From an uncultured Chloroflexia bacterium (GTDB lineage Bacteria; Chloroflexota; Anaerolineae; CG2-30-64-16): a stretch of 64,000 bases of DNA. The stretch spans positions 224,001 through 288,000 of the forward strand of contig CAWEMM010000010.1 in the NCBI GenBank assembly GCA_963810095.1. Direction: 5' to 3'. The notes beneath the pieces were generated by a model, which worked only from the letters and a program-made list of their open reading frames with translations, was not told the origin of the DNA and made no database searches. Of this stretch, positions 8,154 through 17,457 are shown one piece after another; the stretch's first letter is position 1, and each line of letters starts with the position of its first letter. The position numbers and the translations under genes were made by a program.

Positions 8154-9740
8154 ATGCCATTTGAGAGAGCAAGCGGCATCCTTTGCCACCCGACGTCATT
8201 CCCGTCGCGCTTCGGCATCGGCGACCTGGGTAAGGGCGCCTGGGATTTCGTCAATTGGTTGGCCGACGCCAAGCAGCAGCTATGGCAGGTGCTCCCACTC
8301 GGTCCGACCGGCTACGGCGACTCGCCCTATCAGTGCTTCTCTGCGTCGGCCGGCAACCCCATGCTCATTAGCCCCGAGGGGCTGGCCCACTCCGGGCTGT
8401 TGCCGCACACGGCGCTCCTCGACACCCCGTACTTCCCCCGCGAGCGGGTCGACTTCGGCCCGGTCATCGAGTTCAAGCAGCGGCTGCTGCGCGAGTCGTA
8501 CGCGTACTTCAAAAGCCATGCCACGGAAGCTCAGCGGGCCGGCCTGGAGTGGTTCAGGGAGCAGAACGCTGCCTGGCTCGAGGATTTCGCGCTCTTCATG
8601 GCCATCAAGGCGCATTTCGGCGGCGGCAGCTGGCACGATTGGCCCCGTGAGATCCGGTTGCGCGAGCCCGGCCCCCTCGGCGCGCTCGCGGCTGAACTCA
8701 CAGACGAGGCCGGCTACCACGTCTTTCTTCAGTGGGCTTTCTGGGACCAGTGGAAGGCGCTGAAGGATCAGTGCGCGGCGAAGGGCATCCGGATCATCGG
8801 CGACGTCCCCATTTTTGTTGCGGAAGATTCGGCAGACGTCTGGGCAAATCCCGAGCAGTTCCATTTGGACGCAGAAGGCAGCCCGACCGTGATCGCCGGT
8901 GTGCCCCCCGACCTTTTCTCGGCCGACGGGCAGCGCTGGGGCAACCCGCACTATAATTGGGACCAGATGCAGCGGGACGGCTTCAAGTGGTGGATCGGCC
9001 GGATTCAGCAGACGCTGCGCTTTGTCGACATCGTGCGGGTCGATCATTTCCGGGGCTTCGCGGCCGCGTGGGAGATTCCTGCCGGCGAGGCCACCGCCGT
9101 CAAAGGCAAGTGGGTGAAGGCGCCCGGCCACGACCTGTTCGTCGCGGTGCGGGACGCGCTGGGCGACCTGCCGTTCATTGCGGAGGACCTGGGCGTGATC
9201 ACGCCCGACGTGGACGCGTTGCGGCTCGAGTTCGGCCTGCCGGGAATGAAGGTGCTGCAGTTCGCGTTCGGGATGGAGCTGAACCCCCAGTACCTGCCGC
9301 ACAACTTCGAGCACAACTACGTCGTGTATCCGGGCACGCACGACAACAACACGACCCTGGGCTACTACTGGGAGCCCGAGCGCTCGGAGGTCGAGCGCGA
9401 TCACATCCGCCGCTACTTCCGCACAGACGCCCACGAGATTGCGTGGGACTTTATCACGGCGGCGTGGTCGAGCGTGGCCGACCTGGCCATCGCAACCTTG
9501 CAGGACGTGTTCAACCTTGGCGCCGAAGCCCGCATGAATTTCCCGTCGCACGCCAGCGGAAACTGGCACTGGCGCTACACCGAGGAAATGCTGGCGCCCG
9601 ACATCAGCCGGCGGCTGGCCGACCTGACGACGATCTACGGGCGTGCGCGGCCTGAGCCGAAGGCGGTCCCGCAAGCGGGCGAGGAAGAGGAAGTAAAGTC
9701 GCCTTGGCCCAAGGGGTACCCGATCCCGGAGAGCGCCTAA
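8154..9740 (+). CDS. malQ: 4-alpha-glucanotransferase (GH77)
   Basis: GILCHPTS, WQVLPL, IIGDVPIFV, RVDHFRG, AEDLG, GTHDNNT. Confidence 0.97.
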   Translation: MPFERASGILCHPTSFPSRFGIGDLGKGAWDFVNWLADAKQQLWQVLPLGPTGYGDSPYQCFSASAGNPMLISPEGLAHSGLLPHTALLDTPYFPRERVDFGPVIEFKQRLLRESYAYFKSHATEAQRAGLEWFREQNAAWLEDFALFMAIKAHFGGGSWHDWPREIRLREPGPLGALAAELTDEAGYHVFLQWAFWDQWKALKDQCAAKGIRIIGDVPIFVAEDSADVWANPEQFHLDAEGSPTVIAGVPPDLFSADGQRWGNPHYNWDQMQRDGFKWWIGRIQQTLRFVDIVRVDHFRGFAAAWEIPAGEATAVKGKWVKAPGHDLFVAVRDALGDLPFIAEDLGVITPDVDALRLEFGLPGMKVLQFAFGMELNPQYLPHNFEHNYVVYPGTHDNNTTLGYYWEPERSEVERDHIRRYFRTDAHEIAWDFITAAWSSVADLAIATLQDVFNLGAEARMNFPSHASGNWHWRYTEEMLAPDISRRLADLTTIYGRARPEPKAVPQAGEEEEVKSPWPKGYPIPESA

Positions 9741-9770
9741 CAGCCTTTTGCAGAGTAACTTTGCCTTCTG

Positions 9771-9803
9771 AAAGCCGGGCCTCACGGGGCCTGGCTTTTG
9801 TTT
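9771..9803 (+). terminator. Intrinsic terminator after malQ
   Basis: AAAGCCGGGCC...GGCCTGGCTTTTGTTT. Confidence 0.6.
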
Positions 9804-9843
9804 GTCCACGTTGTGCCATGCACGGTAGCGCAGGCGCGCGTCC

Positions 9844-9878
9844 CGCTATGTTGACAGGGCATAGCGCCGGCGTATAAT
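9844..9878 (+). promoter_or_regulatory. Consensus promoter with an overlapping palindromic operator (ModE-like)
   Basis: TTGACA-N16-TATAAT; CGCTATG-N9-CATAGCG flanks the -35. Confidence 0.65.
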
Positions 9879-9911
9879 TGTGCCACCGCAAATATACACC
9901 GGAGGAAATCC

Positions 9912-10892
9912 ATGTCCCGACGCTTCACGCTTCTGCTCACGCTGGTGATTCTGCTGACGACCGTCCTGTCCGCTTGCGCGCCGGCCGCCTCCACGCCGGC
10001 AGCACCCGCCCCCACTTCCGCGGCTGCTGCACCAGCGACCGCACCCGAGCCAACCCAGGCGCCCAAGGCCACCACGGCGCCACAGCCGACGTCCCCCCGA
10101 CCGGCAAGCGCCGATCCGACCCGGCTGATCCTGGCGACGACGACGAGCACGGCCGACTCGGGCCTCCTTGATGACATTCTGCCCGATTTCGAGAAGCAGA
10201 ATAATGCGAAGGTGGACGTGATCGCCGTGGGCACGGGCCAGGCGCTGGAGATCGGCGGCCGGGGCGATGCCGACGTGCTGCTGGTGCACAGCCGCAAGGG
10301 CGAGGATCAGTTTGTCAAAGACGGCAACGCCAAGCAGCGTTTCGACGTGATGTACAACGACTTTATCGTGGTGGGCCCGAAGGATGATCCGGCGAAGATC
10401 AAGGGCATGGCTGCGGCCAAGGAGGCCTTCAAGGCCATTGCCGACGCACAGGCCACCTTTGTGAGCCGCGGCGATAAGTCGGGGACGAACACGAAGGAAC
10501 TGGGCATCTGGTCGAGCATCCCATTGACGCCCACCAAAGACATGCCGTGGTACAACTCGATCGGCCAAGGGATGGGCGATACTCTGCTCTTCGCAAACGA
10601 GAAGGGCGGCTACACCCTGGCCGACCGCGGCACTTACCTTTCCATGAAGGACAAGCTTCCGGGGCTCGACGTGCTGCTGGGGGGCGCGAGCCTGCCGGAA
10701 AACAAGGACAAGTCGCTGCTGAACCCCTACGGCGTGCTGCCCGTCAGCCCCGAGAAGTTCCCGGCGGTTAACGCGGCGCTGGCCCAGAAGTTCGTGGAAT
10801 GGATCCTCTCGCCCGCGGTCCAGAAGATGATCGGCGAGTACGGGGTGGACAAGTTCGGCCAGCCGTTGTTCTACGCGAACGCAAAGCAGTAA
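9912..10892 (+). CDS. tupA: Tungstate ABC transporter substrate-binding lipoprotein
   Basis: Lipobox LSAC, Pro/Ala linker, LATTTST, GTGQAL, SRGDKSGT, GQGMG, DRGT, NPYGV. Confidence 0.9.
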   Translation: MSRRFTLLLTLVILLTTVLSACAPAASTPAAPAPTSAAAAPATAPEPTQAPKATTAPQPTSPRPASADPTRLILATTTSTADSGLLDDILPDFEKQNNAKVDVIAVGTGQALEIGGRGDADVLLVHSRKGEDQFVKDGNAKQRFDVMYNDFIVVGPKDDPAKIKGMAAAKEAFKAIADAQATFVSRGDKSGTNTKELGIWSSIPLTPTKDMPWYNSIGQGMGDTLLFANEKGGYTLADRGTYLSMKDKLPGLDVLLGGASLPENKDKSLLNPYGVLPVSPEKFPAVNAALAQKFVEWILSPAVQKMIGEYGVDKFGQPLFYANAKQ

Positions 10893-10928
10893 GGGGGCAG
10901 CGGCAGCACTGACCCCTGCCGTGGACAA

Positions 10929-10980
10929 GACAAACCCGGTCTCGGAACGCCGCCGTAGCGAGCGCGAAACCGGGTTTGTT
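10929..10980. repeat. Palindrome ACAAACCCGGT...ACCGGGTTTGT between convergent genes
   Basis: Inverted repeat; related AAACC-GGTTT elements near 49084 and 55309. Confidence 0.55.
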
Positions 10981-10997
10981 ATTTGCGGCGAACTGCC

Positions 10998-11974
10998 TTA
11001 GCGGTTCATGCCGCTGCTGAGATTCTGCTTCTGAGCCTCGTCCTTGGCGGTTTCCTTTGCAGCGTTGGCGGCTTCAGTCGCCACATGCTGCACCTTCTGC
11101 GCCGTATCCGAAGCCACTTCCTGCGCGCGATCCATGATGCGGTCGCGGGTTTCGCCCATGATCTCGTTTTCCTTCTCGGTGCTCGGGAAGGCAAACCCGA
11201 TCAGCGCGCCCAGCGCGGCTGCCGCTGCCCCGATGACGAGGGGATTCTCCTGCATCATGTCGCCGACCCGGCTGCCCACCCGCTGGGCCCGGTATTGGGC
11301 CTGGTGCGCAACCTGCTCCGCAGTGTCCTTCGCGTTCGATGCGACATCCTGGACCGCACCGGCGGCCTGGCCCGCAACATCCTGAACCTTGCTGGTCGCC
11401 TGGTGCGCCACGTCCTGCACCTTGTCTCCGGCCTGGCCCACCACCTCGCCCGCGTGCGCGGACATCCTGCTGGCCCTGGCCTTCGCGCAGGTGCGGCTGG
11501 TCGTAGGGCCCCGACCGGCGGCCATACTCGTCGTAGCTGTAGCCGTAATCATAGCCGCCGCGGCCGTAGCGCTCATCGTTCAGATAGTAGCGGTCGCCCT
11601 GGCGGCTGTCCCGGCGCAGGCGCCGTTCGCCCCCATTGTTCCGGCTCTCCATGAATAACCAACCCAGGCCCACCGCGGCCAGCACTGCCGGCGCGGGATT
11701 GCGCTTAATAGTCTCGAACACGTCGTTACTTGCTCCTTTCACTTTCCACTTCGCATCATCTGCCGCCTCTTCAACCCGTCCAAGGGTCGCTTGGCGCACC
11801 GATCCCACCGCTTGGTCTCGGATGTTCTGCGGGCTAAGCTTTTCCTGAATCGCCGCCATCGTCGCGCTCATGTCTTCACGCGTCGCCGCGAATTTCCGCC
11901 CGAATGGCATCAGGATCATCTTGGGCCTTGGATTTCGCCTCGTCGGCGTTTATTTTGCTTGACTCTGCAGCCAT
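10998..11974 (-). CDS. DUF3618-type protein with amphipathic repeats (frameshifts near 11893 and 11500)
   Basis: DPDAIRAEI / ATREDMSATMAAIQEKLSP, NPAPAVLAAVGLGWL, ENPLVIGAAAAALGALIG, PSTEKE spread over three frames. Confidence 0.8.
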
Positions 11975-12342
11975 TCTTTGTTCTCCTTCATCGTCGTCAT
12001 CGTCTTCTCAGGTTTCAGCTTGTCCGCTTTCAGGTCGTTCAGCCCCTTCTGGATTACCAGGTAGCCGATCAGCCCGACGATCACGCCGACGACGACCGCG
12101 GCCACCCAGATAGGCACCCATTGAGCCAGGACAAGGATGATCCCGGCGATGATCGCCAGGAGCCCCGCGTAGACGACAAAGCCGCCCACGGCGATGAAGC
12201 CGGCCGCCTTGCCCGCCTGCTTGCCCTTTTCCGTCACTTCAGCCTTGGCCAGCCGCACCTGCTGCGAAATCAGCTGGTTCGTCTGGTCCTTGAGTTCGTT
12301 GAACAGGTCCCCCAGCGCGCGGTCTTCGATTACCTCTTGCAT
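11950..12342 (-). CDS. Holin-like membrane protein (DUF1469 / Phage_holin_3_6 type)
   Basis: LGDLF...LISQQVRLAKAEV, two TMs, LKPEKTMTTMKEN. Confidence 0.85.
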   Translation of the reverse strand: MQEVIEDRALGDLFNELKDQTNQLISQQVRLAKAEVTEKGKQAGKAAGFIAVGGFVVYAGLLAIIAGIILVLAQWVPIWVAAVVVGVIVGLIGYLVIQKGLNDLKADKLKPEKTMTTMKENKEWLQSQAK

Positions 12343-12362
12343 GCCATATCCTCCTCGGAAGC

Positions 12363-13169
12363 TCAGGCCTGGCTCGATCCCGCGCCGCCACCCGTGATCT
12401 CATCGTCGTCTCGCAGCCACGCGGCGTCGTCGATGTCGTTGCTCGTGGCGCCTGACTCGCGCTGCCGGCGGTTCGAAGCGCGTTCGCGACCCGCGGTGAT
12501 GTCATCGGCGCCCATGCCCGTGGCGCTTCCGAAGTCGCTCCCCGAGGTCGAGGTGCGATAGCCGCCCGTGCCGGTGCTGCGGTAGTCGATGCCTTCGCCG
12601 CTCCATGTGCCGCGGTCATACCCGCCGGGGCCCATGCCGGTGCGGCCGTAATCGCCCTGGCCGAAACCGGACTGGCCGTAGTTCGCGCGGTAGCCGTATT
12701 GGCCGTAGTCCTGGTCGCGCATCTGCGAGCGGCGGCTCGAGGCCTTCAGGAAGCGAGAGGCGAGCAGGCCCAGCAAGACTGCGCCACCCAGGAAGACCTC
12801 GGGTTCGCGGCGTGCGAATTGTTCGGCTTCAGACAGCAGCTGGTCGACGCTCTTGGTGCGCAGCTGTTCCGAAATCTGGTCGATCGTGTCGGCCGCCCGG
12901 TGGGCATACTGCCCCAACGCGCCCTGCTCGCCGCCCTGCAGGCTATCGCCGGTTTGGTGCAGCGCCTGTGCGACGCTGCCAAGACCGTCGGCCGCCTTGC
13001 CCTTCTGCTGATCCATCATCTGGAACGCGTTGCCGCGCACCTGCTCCACGACCTGCCCGGTCTGCTGCCGGGCCTGGTCGACGACCTCGCCGGACTTTTG
13101 CGCCAGGTCGTTCTTCATCTGGCCCATGCCTTCCTGGCCTTCGCTACCCATCGATCCGTAACCACTCAT
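12363..13169 (-). CDS. Stress-type hydrophilic protein typical of DUF3618 operons
   Basis: GGAGG before ATG; QQKGKAADGLGSVAQAL, FARREPEVFLGGAVLLGLLASRFLKAS. Confidence 0.8.
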   Translation of the reverse strand: MSGYGSMGSEGQEGMGQMKNDLAQKSGEVVDQARQQTGQVVEQVRGNAFQMMDQQKGKAADGLGSVAQALHQTGDSLQGGEQGALGQYAHRAADTIDQISEQLRTKSVDQLLSEAEQFARREPEVFLGGAVLLGLLASRFLKASSRRSQMRDQDYGQYGYRANYGQSGFGQGDYGRTGMGPGGYDRGTWSGEGIDYRSTGTGGYRTSTSGSDFGSATGMGADDITAGRERASNRRQRESGATSNDIDDAAWLRDDDEITGGGAGSSQA

Positions 13170-13334
13170 CTCCAATACCTCCATCGAATACACCCCGGCT
13201 GCGCCGGGCCTTAGTGCCCCCGCACTCAACAACCGGGCGGGAACATCGCAACCAATACACCCATCGTATGGTACGATCAACTAATCATGATCAACATAAC
13301 CACTGTTACATTCAAATGGTTCCAGCAAGAACAA

Positions 13335-13369
13335 AAAGTCCCCGGTTTGCTCGAGAACCCAGGGACTTT
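13335..13369. repeat. Intergenic palindrome AAAGTCCC...GGGACTTT
   Basis: Inverted repeat between divergent genes. Confidence 0.5.
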
Positions 13370-13447
13370 AGGCATTGACTCCCGCGCGAACATGGCATAC
13401 ACTACCGCCCAGGTCAACGACTTCACGGGAAAGCCGGGATGATCCGC

Positions 13448-14371
13448 ATGGCATACCTCATCGACGGCCACAACCTCATCGGCATCCTGCCCAACATCTC
13501 GCTGGCCCAGCCCGACGACGAGGCCCGGCTGATCGACTTGTTGCTCTCGTACCGCGCCCGGGGCGCGGGCGACATGGTCGTCTTTTTCGACAGCAATCCC
13601 CTCGGCCCCGCTACTTACGCTGCCACACTTGCCAAGCCCCTGGTGTCGCGGCCCGGCATCGAGGTACACTACGCACCGCACGGCAAGACCGCGGACGACG
13701 CCATCGTGGACTTCCTGCGCGCTGCCCGGCAGCCGGGCCAGTACGCCGTCGTCACCAACGATGCCGGCCTGATCGCCCGGGTGAAAGCGCTGGGCGCGAG
13801 CGTGTTGCGCGCCAACGAGTTCTCGGCGCAAATGGCCCGGCGGATGGGCTCGCACAAGACAAAAAAGGACCAGGCGGCCTCGATGGGCGACGCGCCCGCA
13901 CCCAATCCCCGCAGCCCAGCCTTTGCCGACCTCTACGACGAGTTCCTGGCCGCGGAACGGGCGGCAAAGCCCTCGGGCCGCCCGCACATCGAAATCGCCA
14001 CTCTCATCGAACGCCTCTACACGGGCGATCCACAGCTCCAGGAGCAGTCGGCGCGGGCGCTCGGGCAGTCCCGCGACCCCCGCGCGATCCCCCCCTTGCG
14101 CGATGCGCTGACGTCGAAAGATTCCGGGCTGCGGGCAGCGGCCGCGCTGGCGCTGGGTGCGCTCCGCAATCAAGCGCCCCTGAACGACCTGGTCGCGCTG
14201 CTGAGCGAGGACGGCAACAGCATGGTGCGCGAGGCCGCGGCGCAAGCGCTCGGCTCGATCGGCAGCACCAAGGCCCTCCCCGCCCTGGATCTGGCCGCCG
14301 AGCAGGACGCCAAGAGCAAGGTGCGCAAGGCCGCCCGGGCTTCTTCAGAAGCAATCCGCGCACGCCGGTAG
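13448..14371 (+). CDS. NYN (YacP/Rae1-like PIN) domain fused to HEAT repeats
   Basis: YLIDGHNLI, VVFFD, TADDAI, VVTND; C-terminal repeats SARALG, LRAAAALALG, VREAAAQALG. Confidence 0.8.
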   Translation: MAYLIDGHNLIGILPNISLAQPDDEARLIDLLLSYRARGAGDMVVFFDSNPLGPATYAATLAKPLVSRPGIEVHYAPHGKTADDAIVDFLRAARQPGQYAVVTNDAGLIARVKALGASVLRANEFSAQMARRMGSHKTKKDQAASMGDAPAPNPRSPAFADLYDEFLAAERAAKPSGRPHIEIATLIERLYTGDPQLQEQSARALGQSRDPRAIPPLRDALTSKDSGLRAAAALALGALRNQAPLNDLVALLSEDGNSMVREAAAQALGSIGSTKALPALDLAAEQDAKSKVRKAARASSEAIRARR

Positions 14372-14470
14372 CTTCCGCTTATTTCGCATCCTCCCGACCC
14401 GGCGCCTCGCGCGACTGCATGACTCTTCTGACTTTGTAACTCCCCTGACTTCATTCAATTTATCCCAGGA

Positions 14471-14502
14471 TTAGAATGGGTCTAAACTTAGAACGATTCT
14501 AG
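14471..14502 (+). promoter_or_regulatory. Tandem Per/Fur-type 7-1-7 boxes
   Basis: TTAGAATGGGTCTAA (14471-14485) and TTAGAACGATTCTAG (14488-14502) directly upstream of the Fur-family gene. Confidence 0.7.
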
Positions 14503-14518
14503 ATAGGGCAAATGACGT

Positions 14519-15001
14519 ATGGATCGCACGCTTCAGTTGATCGCCGCGCTGCGCGCGACGGGCTATCGCATTACCCCGCAGCGCGTCGAGATTTGCCGCG
14601 CCCTGGCGGAGAGCCGCACGCACCCGTCGCCCCAGACGATTTACCGGCAGATCAGCGAGAAGTTTCCGGGCATCAGCCAGGCGACCGTGTATAACACGCT
14701 GACGGTCCTGCGGGATTTGGGTGAGGTCGTCGAGGTTGGGCTGGGGCAGGACCGGACGCACTACGAGCCGCACCCGGAACCGCACGCGAACCTGATTTGT
14801 GTGCGCTGCGGCAAGATCGAGGACATCGACGACCCGCAGGTCGCCGCGCTGAGCGCGCAGCTGGCGTCGCGGCAGGGCCTCCGGATCAAGGCGGCCCACA
14901 TGGACATTTACGGATTCTGTAACGAGTGTGAGTCAGTGGTAGACAACGAGCACGGAGTAGCGAAAGAGCGTAGCGAGGGTGAAGATGGGGATCAACCGTG
15001 A
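14519..15001 (+). CDS. Fur-family regulator, PerR-like
   Basis: RITPQR, HPS, SQATVYNTL, CVRC and CNEC. Confidence 0.9.
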   Translation: MDRTLQLIAALRATGYRITPQRVEICRALAESRTHPSPQTIYRQISEKFPGISQATVYNTLTVLRDLGEVVEVGLGQDRTHYEPHPEPHANLICVRCGKIEDIDDPQVAALSAQLASRQGLRIKAAHMDIYGFCNECESVVDNEHGVAKERSEGEDGDQP

Positions 15002-17342
15002 ATTTCTGGAACGCGGCGACCTGATTCCGCTAACCGGCGCAGCGCCCGGGGGTGGCGAGCCGGGCCAGTGCGCCGAATACCTGTTGGAACTCCTGGGCGC
15101 CGACGAAGGCATCCTGGGCGTCGACTACGATACGGGCGCCACCCGGCTGAGCGTGCAGTACGACGCGGCCGTCTTGCCCGCCCACCGTGCCGACGAAATT
15201 GCCGAGCAGATCGGCGACCGCCTGGCGACACACCAGGGGCTGTGTATTATCCGCGACAGCGCGGGCGGCTGCCAGACCTGTGCGGCCGCCCTGCAGCAAG
15301 GGCTGCGCCAGCGCGGGCAGACGTTGGTCAACGTTATGATCGGGCCGGGCCAGCTTGCGCTCGCCGGCGGCCCCGCGCTCCAACCTGCGGAGGTCACCCG
15401 CCCCGTCGGCCCGTCCGAGCAAGCCGAGGTCCGCATTCCGGTTTGGAAGCGCTGGAGCCTCGAGCGCTGGCAAATCCTGCTGACCGCCCTCACCGGCGCC
15501 TTCATTCTGGCCGGCTGGATCGGCGGGGCGTTGGGGCTGTCGCCCGAGGCTTCGACCGCGCTTTACATCGCCGCCTACCTCACCGGCGGGTGGTTCGGCG
15601 TCCAGGCGGGCATCGACGACCTGCGGAAGCGGGTGGTGAACGTCGATCTGTTGATGGTCCTTGCCGCACTCGGCGCAGGCGCAATCGGACAGTGGCGCGA
15701 GGGCGCCATCCTGCTGTTCCTCTTCTCGCTGAGCAACACGCTCCAAACTTACGCGATGGACCGCAGCCGCCAGGCGATCAAGGCGCTCATGCAGCTGCGG
15801 CCCGAGGAAGCGCTCGTCCGCCGCGGCCAATCCGAGGTCCGTATCCGGGTAGAGCGGCTGGTGGCCGGCGATCGCGTCATCGTGAAGCCGGGCGAGCGTA
15901 TCCCGGTCGACGGTGCGGTGGCGCTGGGCGAGTCGGCCGTCGACCAGTCGACCATCACCGGGGAGTCAATGCCCGTGGACGTGGCCGCCGGGTCGCCGGT
16001 CTATGCGGGGACGCTCAACACACGGGGCGCGCTGGAGATCGACGTCAGCAAGCGGGCCAGTGAGAGCACGCTGGCCCGCATCATCGAGTTGGTCGAGAAC
16101 GCGCAGGGCGAAAAGGCGCGGACGCAGCGGTTTCTGGACGAGTTCGAGCAGAAGTACGCGCTGGGCGTCATCGGCGCAACGGTCCTCGCGATCATCATCC
16201 CGCTGCTGCTCGGCCATTCCTTCGCGCCCACCTTCTACCGGGCGATGACGCTGCTGGTCGTGGCCAGCCCGTGTGCGCTGGTCATCTCGACGCCGGCTTC
16301 GATCCTGTCGGCCATTGCCAACGCCGCGCGCCAGGGCATTCTCTTCAAGGGCGGCGTGCACCTGGAGAACATGGCCGGCGTGCGGGCGGTTGCATTCGAT
16401 AAGACCGGCACGCTAACACGGGGCAAACCGGCAGTCACCGATATCGTCCCGACCGCGGGCCACAGCGCAGACGAGCTCCTGGCGCTGGCGGCCGGTCTGG
16501 AGGCCCGTTCGGAGCATCCGCTCGCCGCGGCCATCGTGGCCGAAGCCCGCAAGCGCGGGCTGAAGTTCACGGCGAGCAGCAGTTTCAGCGCCGTCACAGG
16601 CCGCGGGGGCCGCGCAACGCTTGGGGCCAAGACCTACCTGATCGGTAACCGCGAATTGTTCGCCGCGTGCCGCGAGTGTGGCGACGGCCTGCCGGAGGAC
16701 ATCGAGGAACGCATGACCGGGCTCGAAGCCGCGGGCAAGACCGCCATGATCATCGGCGACGAAACGGCGGGCGAAATCCTGGGTTTGCTGGCCGTGGCCG
16801 ACGAGGTGCGGGCGGAGAGCCGCCAGACAGTCGAGAAGCTGCGCAGCCTGGGCGTGGAGCGCATCGTCATGCTCACGGGCGACAACGAACGGGTGGCGGG
16901 GGCAATCGCGGCGCAGACCGGCGTCGACGGGTTCTACGCCGGTCTGCTGCCTGAAGACAAGGTGCGGGTGGTGCGCGAGCTGAGCGAACAATACGGCGCC
17001 GTGGCCATGGTGGGCGACGGTGTGAACGATGCACCGGCCCTGGCCGCAGCTAACGTGGGGATTGCCATGGGCGCGGCGGGCAGCGACGTGGCGCTCGAGA
17101 CGGCCGACGTGGTGTTGATGTCGGATGACCTGACCAAAATCCCGTACGTGAAGGCGCTCAGCCGCCGCGCGCAGCGGGTCGTGTGGCAGAACCTCGTCTT
17201 TGCCATGGCCGTCATTGCCACCCTGGTGATCTCGAACCTGATCGTGGGCGTGCCGCTGCCGCTCGGCGTGGTGGGGCATGAGGGATCGACGCTGGTGGTC
17301 GTCGCGAATGGGCTGCGGCTGCTGCGGCCGGCGCGCGTCTAG
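14985..17342 (+). CDS. P1B-4 type heavy-metal ATPase (Co/Zn/Fe(II) exporter class)
   Basis: TGES, SPC in TM, DKTGT, HP, GDGVNDAP, HEGST. Confidence 0.93.
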   Translation: MGINREFLERGDLIPLTGAAPGGGEPGQCAEYLLELLGADEGILGVDYDTGATRLSVQYDAAVLPAHRADEIAEQIGDRLATHQGLCIIRDSAGGCQTCAAALQQGLRQRGQTLVNVMIGPGQLALAGGPALQPAEVTRPVGPSEQAEVRIPVWKRWSLERWQILLTALTGAFILAGWIGGALGLSPEASTALYIAAYLTGGWFGVQAGIDDLRKRVVNVDLLMVLAALGAGAIGQWREGAILLFLFSLSNTLQTYAMDRSRQAIKALMQLRPEEALVRRGQSEVRIRVERLVAGDRVIVKPGERIPVDGAVALGESAVDQSTITGESMPVDVAAGSPVYAGTLNTRGALEIDVSKRASESTLARIIELVENAQGEKARTQRFLDEFEQKYALGVIGATVLAIIIPLLLGHSFAPTFYRAMTLLVVASPCALVISTPASILSAIANAARQGILFKGGVHLENMAGVRAVAFDKTGTLTRGKPAVTDIVPTAGHSADELLALAAGLEARSEHPLAAAIVAEARKRGLKFTASSSFSAVTGRGGRATLGAKTYLIGNRELFAACRECGDGLPEDIEERMTGLEAAGKTAMIIGDETAGEILGLLAVADEVRAESRQTVEKLRSLGVERIVMLTGDNERVAGAIAAQTGVDGFYAGLLPEDKVRVVRELSEQYGAVAMVGDGVNDAPALAAANVGIAMGAAGSDVALETADVVLMSDDLTKIPYVKALSRRAQRVVWQNLVFAMAVIATLVISNLIVGVPLPLGVVGHEGSTLVVVANGLRLLRPARV

Positions 17343-17351
17343 ACGGATCTG

Positions 17352-17449
17352 AAATAGGACACTGATGCAACTGATTGAACTGATCTGCTCTGTCCTTCAG
17401 GAAGAAGATCGTGATAATCAGGCAGATCTGTTCAATCAGTGTCCCATTT
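17352..17449. repeat. Inverted repeat built of 9-bp ACTGAT units
   Basis: GGACACTGAT-GCAACTGAT-TGAACTGAT ... ATCAGTGTCC; related copy at 50426-50511. Confidence 0.65.
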
Positions 17450-17457
17450 CAGCCCAA

